Below, piece by piece: positions 25,120 to 31,911 of a DNA stretch of 31,911 nt; within the stretch, counting starts at the first letter, position 1; the number at the start of each line of letters is the position of its first letter. The stretch is from an uncultured Methanosarcinales archaeon (GTDB lineage Archaea > Nanobdellota > Nanobdellia > Woesearchaeales > ARS49): positions 11,579 to 43,489 of the forward strand of contig CAYUPS010000009.1 of the NCBI GenBank assembly GCA_964445485.1. The letters are read 5' to 3'. A model generated the notes under the pieces. It was not told the origin of the DNA and did no database searches. It saw only the letters and a program-made list of their open reading frames with translations. Made by a program: the position numbers and the translations under genes.

Positions 25120-25934
25120 ATCATCCTGTCGCCGAAGAATGTGTAGCCCGCGACAGCGCCGTTCTCTATGAGGTAGCGGTCGGGTTTGCGGTGCCGCAGG
25201 CGCGAGAACAGCGTCATGCTGTTTGTTTGATCGTCGATGCCGTGCGCAGCGCCGCCCACGTGCAGCACCCTGCCGCGCGTCTTGAGTTCGCGCTCGATGG
25301 CGGCGGCCATGCCAGCATCGCGCTCGCCGAAGACGAACCCCAACCCTTCGGCAAAGGCGCATGCGAGGAATTCCTGGATAGCCGGGTGCGAGTAGCCCGC
25401 ATAGGAGGCCCGTGCGATGCCCGCGACGTCAAGGCCCGGCACTTCCTTGCCGCCGGCGAGCGCGATTTCTAAATCAGTGAGCAGCTGCTTGATCGGGACG
25501 CCCCTCGCGAGATGCCTGTCGACCATTGCGAGGCAGTGGGCATGCCAGCGCTCATGCGTCAATGCATCATCTGCGAACACCACGGGCAACCCCTTCTCTT
25601 TGGCGATGCTTTCGAGGGCCTCTTTGTCGTGAAAGCGCCTCTCCTTGGTGAAGCAGCGCACCGTCGACTCGAGCCCGTTGATGCCCATCGTCATCAGGAG
25701 GACATAGGACTCGAGCCTCTCCCGCCCGTGCTTGGCAAAGAGCGAGTGATAGTCGTTCTCGCGCTCGCCGCACAGGCGGTCGAAGAAGCCGCCGCAGGGC
25801 ACTGCAGCGCTGTACTCGAGCGTCACGCAGGAGGGGCGGGAGTGGTCGATGACGCGGCGCAATGCGTCCGCGTTGCCCTCGGCGTCATGGTAGAGGCCTG
25901 CGATGGAGAGCTGCATGGCGCGCGAAGAGCGCAA
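25116..25934 (-). CDS. hypothetical protein, possibly TraB/GumN-family-like (tentative)
   Basis: 272-aa ORF with protein-like composition. C-terminal LHVGGAAHGID resembles the GxxH motif of the TraB/GumN family. No clear SD. Confidence 0.5.
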   Translation of the reverse strand: MRSSRAMQLSIAGLYHDAEGNADALRRVIDHSRPSCVTLEYSAAVPCGGFFDRLCGERENDYHSLFAKHGRERLESYVLLMTMGINGLESTVRCFTKERRFHDKEALESIAKEKGLPVVFADDALTHERWHAHCLAMVDRHLARGVPIKQLLTDLEIALAGGKEVPGLDVAGIARASYAGYSHPAIQEFLACAFAEGLGFVFGERDAGMAAAIERELKTRGRVLHVGGAAHGIDDQTNSMTLFSRLRHRKPDRYLIENGAVAGYTFFGDRMI

Positions 25935-26162
25935 GCAGCATATAAGGTTTCCCCACTCCGCAGTGGCGTGAAAAATTCTTATACGCCCCGCGAATCGAGG
26001 GGTGAATACATCCCCGAGAGCGCACGGTCGGGGCTGACCATCAACCGCTGGGGGAGGCAGTTAGCGAGCTCAGTGAACCGGCGGGCGGCCATGCTGCCTG
26101 ACGACTGCACAAGGGACTCCAACAACCCCAGCATCTACATGCCTCCCCCGCGGATCTTTCTT

Positions 26163-26456
26163 TCAGGACTTAGCATCCTGCACGCGCAGGCAGCAGGACT
26201 TTCCCTGATACGACAGCGTCAGGACGTCGCCTTTCTTGAGGAGAACGCGCTCCTGCCGCCCAATGGGGTGTTCCTTGTCATCGCGCGTGTAGCTCGCCGA
26301 CACGATATCGCTCAGGTGCTTGTAGTAGGAGTGCGCGCTGCCGTTCTCGATCGTGCCCACGCGGGGGCCTTCTTGCAGCAGGAGGAGCGCCGCATCGCCG
26401 CCCAAATTCCGCACTCTCAATTCAAGGAGCATACGCTGGAAATGCGCCGACGGCAT
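26163..26456 (-). CDS. hypothetical small protein downstream of lhr (97 aa)
   Basis: Starts 11 nt after the Lhr stop. Reasonable composition (SAHSYYKHLSDIVSASYTRDDKEHPIG...). Weak RBS. Confidence 0.4.
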   Translation of the reverse strand: MPSAHFQRMLLELRVRNLGGDAALLLLQEGPRVGTIENGSAHSYYKHLSDIVSASYTRDDKEHPIGRQERVLLKKGDVLTLSYQGKSCCLRVQDAKS

Positions 26457-26467
26457 AAAAACTCATC

Positions 26468-29380
26468 TCACACGAGCAGGTCTTCGGCTGCCCGCAGCAC
26501 GAACGCGGCAAGCTCCGGCGGCCACGTCTTGAACACGTGCTGCCGATCGCCCACGAGCCGCTCGAGCACGTCCGTGCGCACATCCGCCCGGTCGCCCTCG
26601 ATGAGTTTCGCCACCTCATCCTTGACATAGCCGTCGATCCCATGGAGCTCGGCGAGCTGGACGCGCAGGAACACGCGCTGCTCCTCGTCCTGCCGCCGCG
26701 CCTCGTCCGCCTGCCTCTCCCAGAACGCCTTGTAGTCGAACACGCGGCGCTCGGCCCCCTCGGGCGATCCGGCATCGCTGACGCGGCGCTCCTTGGGCAG
26801 TTTCAGCTTGGCCAGGACCATCTCGTGCATGCGGCGCAGGAACTCATGCTTGTCCTCGATGCGCAGCACGTCCATGTAGCCCTGCAGCGCGAGATTGAAC
26901 GCGAAGGGCGAAGGGATCGTCGTCTCGAGCTCGATGAGCTGTACCGTGCCCGCCTCGAGGCCCGCCAGAACGCGCTCAGCATTGCGGATGTCCATGAGGT
27001 CCTCGAGGCATTCGCGCCGCGCCTCCTTGAGGACGGAGAAGTCCGGATTGATGCGCTTGAGCGCCGAGCAGAGGATCTGCGCGCTCACCTGCTGCGTGCC
27101 AACGCGCTTGGAATGGCCCATGAAGTTGCGCAGGATCATCAGGGCGCGCGTCGCGCAGTGGCGGAAGCGGCGCTTGAAGACCTCCGAGCGCTCGATGGCG
27201 ACGCGCATGACGCGCTCGAGCTTGTCAGACTTGAGCAGGCGCAGCGCGTCCGCGGCAGGGATGCGTTTGGGCGCGACAAGGTAGAAGCCGTTGTCGTTAA
27301 TGCCTATCTCGACATCCTTGTGCCATGTGCGGCTGATGGCGAACGCGATGGCCCGCGAGAGGCAGTCGTTGACGCGGCGGCCGAAGAGCGCGTGGAACAC
27401 CATCTTGGTGTCCCTCTCATCCTCGTAGTACTCGAGGAGTATCTGGCGGTCGTTGGGGATCCTGCCGCAGAAGTCGAACTGCTCGCGGAAGTATGCGTAG
27501 ATGGCGCGCGCCGCGTTCTCATCGACGCACAGATGCGAATGGATGAATGAGAGCACCTCCTGCTCGGGCTGCTTGGCGCTGAGGCGCTCGAGCATCATGC
27601 GGCGGAAGCGGCCGATGTCGCTCGCCAGATCGAAGGAGAGCGGGAGCATCTCGCTCACCCAGTGCGGGACTGTCGGCGGCCTGTTGCTGGAGGCGGAGAC
27701 CTGCGCGACGGTGCCGCGCGAGAACTTGAACACGTACGTGTTGCCGCCGAGCACGAACACATCGCCCGGCTTGAGCCGCTCGAGGAACCCTTCGTCGATC
27801 GTGCCGATGGGCTCGGTGCCGACCTTCACCGTCACGAAGGACTCGTCGGGGATGGTGCCGATGTTGCTCATGTAGATGGGCCGCGAGAGCCTGCCGCGCT
27901 TGCCCAGCCTGCCGCCCTCGCGCCAGATGCGGGCGTAGATGTGGCGGTCTTCCAAATCAGTGAACGAGCCGCTGAGGTATTCGAGGATCTCGCTGAACTC
28001 CTCGCGCTTGAGATCGGCGTAGCAGAAGCTCCGGCGCATAAGGTCGAAGAGCTCCTTCTCGTCCCACTCCTGGGCCATGGCGGCGCCGACGACCTGCTGG
28101 GCGAGCACATCGAGGCAGTTGGTGGGGATGTGCAGGCGGTCGATGCGCTTCTCGCGGGCGGCCTTGACGAGGCATGCGCATTCGACGAGGTCGTCGCGGT
28201 CCATGACGATGATGCGCGCCTTGACGGTCTGGTGCAGGCGGTGGCCTGCCCTGCCCGCGCGCTGCAGGAAGCGCGCGACGCTCTTGGGGCTGCCGAGGCA
28301 GATGACGAGGTCGATGTAGCCGATGTCGATGCCGAGCTCCAGCGAGGTGGACGATGCGCAGACCTTGAGCTCGCCCTCGCGCAGGCGCCGCTCGATCTCG
28401 TGCCGCATCTCCTTGGAGAGCGAGCCGTGGTGGGCGCCGATGTTGCCTTCGTATCTCGAGGGCCAGCGGTTCTTGAGGTGGTCGACGACGCGCTCGGTGG
28501 CGGCGCGCGTGTTGGTGAAGATGAGGGTGGTGCGGTGCTCCTGCACGAGCCTGTCGATGAGCTCGTACATCTTGCCGTGCAGCAGCGCATGGGGCGTGTC
28601 GATGAGGTTGTCGACGGGCGAGATGACCTGGAGGTCGAGCTGCTTGAGGAACTGGACGTCGATGACTTTGCAGGGCCGGCCTGCGCCGACGAGGAAGCGC
28701 GCGACGTCCTGGATGGGGGCGACGGTGGCGGAGAGGCCGACGCGGCAGGTGTGCGCGCTCATGTGCTGCAGGCGCTCGAGGGAGATGGAGAGGTGGACGC
28801 CGCGCTTGTTCTCGGCGAGGGCGTGGATCTCGTCGATGATGACCCATTCGACGCTGCGCAGGTGGTCCTTGAATTTGGTGGATGCGAGGACGATGGCGAG
28901 CGATTCGGGCGTGGTGATGAGGATGTGCGGGGGTTTGGCGAGCATCGCGGCTTTCTCTTTCGGGGTGGTGTCGCCGGTGCGCACACCCACGCGGATGCCG
29001 AGATTTCTGCCTGCGATCTTCTCGATCTCGGCGAGCGGCTCGACGAGGTTCTTGTGGATGTCGTTGTTGAGGGCCTTGAGGGGGCTGATGTAGACGCAGT
29101 GGACTTTGTCCTCGAGGATTCCTTTCTCGGCGCTGTCGACGAGCTCGTTGAGGATGGCGAGGAAGCCGGTGAGGGTCTTGGTCGCGCCGGTGGGCGCGCT
29201 GACGAGGATGTTCTCGCGCTGGTGGATGGGGATGACGCCGAAGCGCTGGGGGAGGCTGAAGTCTTTGAAGCGGGAGAAGAACCATTGCTTGACCGTGGGG
29301 TTGAGGATCCGGAGGAGGGCTTCCGCGGGGTGCGGCTCGTCGACGCGTTCGATGCCCGGGGGCCAGTTCTCGTCGGTCAT
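26468..29380 (-). CDS. lhr: Lhr-family ATP-dependent DNA helicase (superfamily 2, DExH)
   Basis: Motif I SAPTGATKT, motif II VIIDEIHALAE, later motifs TATLxN and QRAGRAGH. 970 aa with a long C-terminal Lhr-specific region. GAGGAC RBS. AT-rich promoter region upstream. Confidence 0.9.
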   Translation of the reverse strand: MTDENWPPGIERVDEPHPAEALLRILNPTVKQWFFSRFKDFSLPQRFGVIPIHQRENILVSAPTGATKTLTGFLAILNELVDSAEKGILEDKVHCVYISPLKALNNDIHKNLVEPLAEIEKIAGRNLGIRVGVRTGDTTPKEKAAMLAKPPHILITTPESLAIVLASTKFKDHLRSVEWVIIDEIHALAENKRGVHLSISLERLQHMSAHTCRVGLSATVAPIQDVARFLVGAGRPCKVIDVQFLKQLDLQVISPVDNLIDTPHALLHGKMYELIDRLVQEHRTTLIFTNTRAATERVVDHLKNRWPSRYEGNIGAHHGSLSKEMRHEIERRLREGELKVCASSTSLELGIDIGYIDLVICLGSPKSVARFLQRAGRAGHRLHQTVKARIIVMDRDDLVECACLVKAAREKRIDRLHIPTNCLDVLAQQVVGAAMAQEWDEKELFDLMRRSFCYADLKREEFSEILEYLSGSFTDLEDRHIYARIWREGGRLGKRGRLSRPIYMSNIGTIPDESFVTVKVGTEPIGTIDEGFLERLKPGDVFVLGGNTYVFKFSRGTVAQVSASSNRPPTVPHWVSEMLPLSFDLASDIGRFRRMMLERLSAKQPEQEVLSFIHSHLCVDENAARAIYAYFREQFDFCGRIPNDRQILLEYYEDERDTKMVFHALFGRRVNDCLSRAIAFAISRTWHKDVEIGINDNGFYLVAPKRIPAADALRLLKSDKLERVMRVAIERSEVFKRRFRHCATRALMILRNFMGHSKRVGTQQVSAQILCSALKRINPDFSVLKEARRECLEDLMDIRNAERVLAGLEAGTVQLIELETTIPSPFAFNLALQGYMDVLRIEDKHEFLRRMHEMVLAKLKLPKERRVSDAGSPEGAERRVFDYKAFWERQADEARRQDEEQRVFLRVQLAELHGIDGYVKDEVAKLIEGDRADVRTDVLERLVGDRQHVFKTWPPELAAFVLRAAEDLLV

Positions 29381-29480
29381 TTTTTGTCCTCAATTAGTTT
29401 CAATATCTAAATTAATTGCGGCGTAGCGCACTAGCACCACACTCAACAACCAGCCGCTATAAAAACATTCGGTAAGAGAA
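29381..29480. promoter_or_regulatory. AT-rich upstream region of lhr (putative promoter)
   Basis: The most AT-rich 100 bp of the window (TTTTTTGTCCTCAATTAGTTTCAATATCTAAATTAATTG...), immediately 5' of lhr on the minus strand. Confidence 0.3.
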
Positions 29481-29481
29481 T

Positions 29482-29859
29482 TCAGACCTTCACGTACAGA
29501 TTCGTCCACAGAAGCGAATCATGCCGGATGCGCAGCGCGCCGAGGATATCATCCAACTCAGCCCGCGCATCCTGCGCATCAACATCAGCCCACACCAGCG
29601 TGCCCTTCTCCTTCTGCCCGCAGTTCTTCACCAGCGCGAAATACCTGCCCGACGGCATCTGGCACAGCGCCGCACGAAGACGCCCCGACGGATGCGCCAC
29701 ATCCTCGAACCCCACACGGCACAGACGCTCGAGCTGCGCAGGCTCATACCCGAGGATCGCGAGCTGCCAGTGCAAGCGCTCAGGCCAGCGCGACGCATCG
29801 ACCTGCAGATAGGACATACACCGAACGAGCAGCGCGCAGCATAAAAAACCACCCATCAC
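29482..29859 (-). CDS. hypothetical protein (125 aa), GTG start, tentative
   Basis: Lies in the divergent region between lhr and the DEAD-box gene. Composition is more protein-like than the overlapping + ORFs. No RBS. Confidence 0.3.
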   Translation of the reverse strand: MMGGFLCCALLVRCMSYLQVDASRWPERLHWQLAILGYEPAQLERLCRVGFEDVAHPSGRLRAALCQMPSGRYFALVKNCGQKEKGTLVWADVDAQDARAELDDILGALRIRHDSLLWTNLYVKV

Positions 29860-29938
29860 GAACCTTTATAAAGCGTCCGTGCATAGGCAGAACATCCACT
29901 TCTCCTCAACCGGAGCAGTCCGGAAGGAAACAACACAC

Positions 29939-31135
29939 ATGTCATTCGACGCATTCAACCTACCAGAGCCAGTCATGCGCGCCGTGCGCGACATGCACTA
30001 CACGCAGCCAACGCCCATCCAAGAAAAAGCCATCCCGCTCATCCTCGAAGGCAAAGACGTCGTCGGCCAATCCGAGACGGGATCGGGCAAGACCGCCGCA
30101 TTCGGCCTCCCGCTCCTCGGCAGACTCCAGCCGCAGGGCACGCAGATGCTCGTCCTCACGCCCACGCGCGAGCTGTGCATGCAGGTCAAGCAATCGCTCA
30201 CCCACTTCGCCCGCCACCTGCGCATCAACGTCGCCGCAGTCTACGGCGGCGTCGGCATGGGCCCGCAGATCCACGCGCTCCGCACCGCCCACATCATCGT
30301 CGCATGCCCCGGACGCCTGCTCGACCACTGCGAGCGCGGCACGGCAAACCTCTCCCGCATCAAGTACCTCATCCTCGACGAAGCCGACCGCATGTTCGAC
30401 ATGGGCTTCATCCGCGACATCGAACGCATCCTCCGCGCCCTGCCCAAAGAGCGCCAGACCCTCCTCTTCAGCGCCACCATGCCCCGCGAAGTCAAAGCGC
30501 TGGTCCAGCGCTACATGCGCAACCCCCATTTCGTCGAGACCACAGTCCACGTCGACAAAGACAAACTCCACGAATACTACTACGAAGTGCGGCAGGACGA
30601 CAAGTTCTCGCTCCTCGTGCACCTGCTCAAGCACGAGACGCCCGGCACAGCGCTGGTCTTCTGCGGCACGCGCCGCATCGTCGACAAGATCACGCGCAAC
30701 CTCCGGCGCCTCGAGATCAAGGCGCTCGCCATCCACGGCGGCCTCTCCCAGAGCAAGCGCGACATGGCGATCGACATGCTGCACCGCGGCAAGACACCCG
30801 TGCTCGTCGCGACAGACATCGCAGCGCGCGGCCTCCACATCAAGAGCATCACGCACGTCTACAACTACGACCTGCCGAACGTCGCCGAAGACTACACGCA
30901 CCGCATCGGCCGCACAGCGCGCGCCGGCGCAGAAGGCGACGCCATCACCATTTTGTCTGACCGCGACCGCCCGCTCATGCGCCCCATCCTGCGGCTCGGC
31001 CACAACATCATCCGCAGGGAACTGCCGCGCTTCGAGCGCGTCGTCCCCCCGCAAGGCCAGCAAGAGACGCCCGAGCGCGAAGGCCACAAGCACCGCGGCT
31101 TCCGCCACAAAGGCAAGAAGCAGTGGCGACGCTAA
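29939..31135 (+). CDS. DEAD-box ATP-dependent RNA helicase
   Basis: GGAAGGAAA RBS. Q motif F-x16-TQPTPIQ, motif I GQSETGSGKT, Ia PTRELC, II DEAD, III SAT, VI HRIGRTARAG. Basic C-terminal tail. Confidence 0.92.
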   Translation: MSFDAFNLPEPVMRAVRDMHYTQPTPIQEKAIPLILEGKDVVGQSETGSGKTAAFGLPLLGRLQPQGTQMLVLTPTRELCMQVKQSLTHFARHLRINVAAVYGGVGMGPQIHALRTAHIIVACPGRLLDHCERGTANLSRIKYLILDEADRMFDMGFIRDIERILRALPKERQTLLFSATMPREVKALVQRYMRNPHFVETTVHVDKDKLHEYYYEVRQDDKFSLLVHLLKHETPGTALVFCGTRRIVDKITRNLRRLEIKALAIHGGLSQSKRDMAIDMLHRGKTPVLVATDIAARGLHIKSITHVYNYDLPNVAEDYTHRIGRTARAGAEGDAITILSDRDRPLMRPILRLGHNIIRRELPRFERVVPPQGQQETPEREGHKHRGFRHKGKKQWRR

Positions 31136-31143
31136 AGCAAGAA

Positions 31144-31226
31144 CGCCATCGGCAGGATTTGAACCTGCAATCCCGTAAGGGATCGGTTTTCAAGACCGAC
31201 GCACTACCAGGTTATGCGACGATGGC
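31144..31226 (-). tRNA. tRNA-Ser (anticodon UGA), class II with long variable arm; CCA not encoded
   Basis: Reverse complement reads GCCATCG-TC-GCATAACCTGGTAGTGC-G-TCGGT-CTTGAAA-ACCGA-TCCCTTACGGGATTGC-AGGTTCAAATCCTGC-CGATGGC-G. It has a 7-bp acceptor stem, D-arm, anticodon loop CU-UGA-AA, a 16-nt variable arm, T-arm GGTTCAAATCC and discriminator G. Confidence 0.9.
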
Positions 31227-31315
31227 AGATATCCCCTCTCCATTCACAGGTGTCTTTTAAATCTTGCCCGGCGACAAAATTTAAATACTCCGAGGGCTCC
31301 CGTCGTCGGAGAACG

Positions 31316-31597
31316 ATGAGACCCGCACCGCTCTCCGTCAGCTCCTTCGCCACCGCAGGCGCGCTGCTCTGCGGCGCGAACTGCTTCTTGCACGCGTTCT
31401 TGGGTTTTGTCGGCATCCGGATCCTCTGGTACAACCCGTTCACGCTCGGCATCGTCATGACGATGTTCCCCGGCGCAGGACCGACACCGACGGGCATCGC
31501 TCTCGCGGCGGCGTGGGGCGCGTTCACCGGCGCGCTCATCATGGGCGCGTTCTCGCTGCTGCACAACTGGGCGCAGCGCGCATTCAAGTTCCGCTAA
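31316..31597 (+). CDS. small membrane protein (93 aa) with FPG-x3-PTPTGIA-x4-WGA motif
   Basis: GGAGAACG RBS before ATG 31316 (start trimmed from track ORF 31214). Hydrophobic helices. Confidence 0.55.
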   Translation: MRPAPLSVSSFATAGALLCGANCFLHAFLGFVGIRILWYNPFTLGIVMTMFPGAGPTPTGIALAAAWGAFTGALIMGAFSLLHNWAQRAFKFR

Positions 31598-31618
31598 CAC
31601 ACGAGGTATCGACACACA

Positions 31619-31911
31619 ATGGCAAAACGCAAAGTGACTCGAGAAGGTTCTGCGATGGTCATCAATCTCGGCCCGTCCCACACGCACCCGCTGAGCCCGA
31701 TGAAGTTCGGCAAGGCGTTCGGTTTCCTCTACGGCGTGTGGCTGCTCTCATACGGCGTCGTGGCCTGGCAGTTCGGGTACGGCACGCAGATCGTCAGCAT
31801 GCTCGCGGACATCTTCCCCGGCATCAGCATGTCGCCGACGGGCATCGCGGCGCTGACCGGCTGGGGCGCGCTGCAGGGCTTCGTCTTCGGCTACCTGCTC
31901 GCGTGGCTGTA
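31619..31911 (+). CDS. paralogous small membrane protein, 3' partial (runs off the window)
   Basis: ATG 31619. Translation MAKRKVTREGSAMVINLG...ADIFPGISMSPTGIAALTGWGALQGFVFGYLLAWL shares the FPG...PTGIA...WGA motif with the preceding gene. No stop before the window end. Confidence 0.5.
   Translation, partial: MAKRKVTREGSAMVINLGPSHTHPLSPMKFGKAFGFLYGVWLLSYGVVAWQFGYGTQIVSMLADIFPGISMSPTGIAALTGWGALQGFVFGYLLAWL

Noticed and set aside
25512-26630. 372-aa + strand ORF across the TraB-like gene, the non-coding gap and the small lhr-coupled ORF
   Set aside because: Composition is Ala/Arg/Gly junk. It crosses a region whose minus-strand frames are more protein-like. No RBS.
27957-29393. 478-aa and 240-aa minus-strand ORFs (and a 582-aa + ORF) overlapping lhr in other frames
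   Set aside because: Arg/Pro-rich alternative-frame artefacts. The Lhr frame carries helicase motifs I, II and VI.
29960-31108. 382-aa minus-strand ORF antisense to the DEAD-box helicase
   Set aside because: Antisense artefact. The DEAD-box motifs on the + strand are unambiguous.
1-31911. CRISPR arrays, transposases, integrases, phage genes
   Set aside because: No direct-repeat/spacer arrays, IS inverted repeats, or integrase/transposase-like ORFs were recognisable. The tRNA-Ser has no adjacent integrase.

Overview
This is a GC-rich (about 65%) window of roughly 32 kb that looks bacterial rather than archaeal, although it does carry one archaeal/plant-type enzyme (a DTD2 D-aminoacyl-tRNA deacylase). 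The bacterial signs are purine-rich Shine-Dalgarno sites of the AAGGAGG type in front of almost every gene, a lipoprotein lipobox (LAGC), and a canonical bacterial prepilin cleavage motif (KRG/FTIIE). Gene density is very high. Positions 77..22567 hold about 35 genes, all on the + strand. A short minus-strand islet follows at 22654..24158 (vapBC toxin-antitoxin and the DTD2 gene). After it come dcd and a coupled ORF on the + strand, a minus-strand block containing an Lhr-type helicase, a divergent + strand DEAD-box RNA helicase, a minus-strand tRNA-Ser(UGA), and a tandem pair of paralogous small membrane-protein genes that runs off the window end. Products I recognise are an aldehyde dehydrogenase, a fused ABC exporter (permease plus ATPase) with extra N- and C-terminal domains, a 7Fe FdxA-type ferredoxin, two SPFH/band-7 proteins, a pseudopilin, VapB/VapC, the DTD2 deacylase, dCTP deaminase, the Lhr-like helicase and the DEAD-box helicase. 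Most other genes encode signal-peptide or transmembrane proteins with no recognisable family. The most interesting region is the co-directional envelope-protein cluster at about 7.7-22.6 kb. It runs from the decorated ABC exporter and ferredoxin, through paralogous secreted proteins sharing a new 'C-x-YD ... LYTE' domain, a canonical SPFH protein followed by an orphan pseudopilin, and a secreted protein with a His/Lys-rich tail, to a second SPFH protein preceded by three 75-aa tandem repeats. It ends at two strong intrinsic terminators. Most long minus-strand ORFs in the six-frame track are antisense artefacts of GC-rich coding sequence and were not called. No CRISPR array, transposase or integrase was seen.
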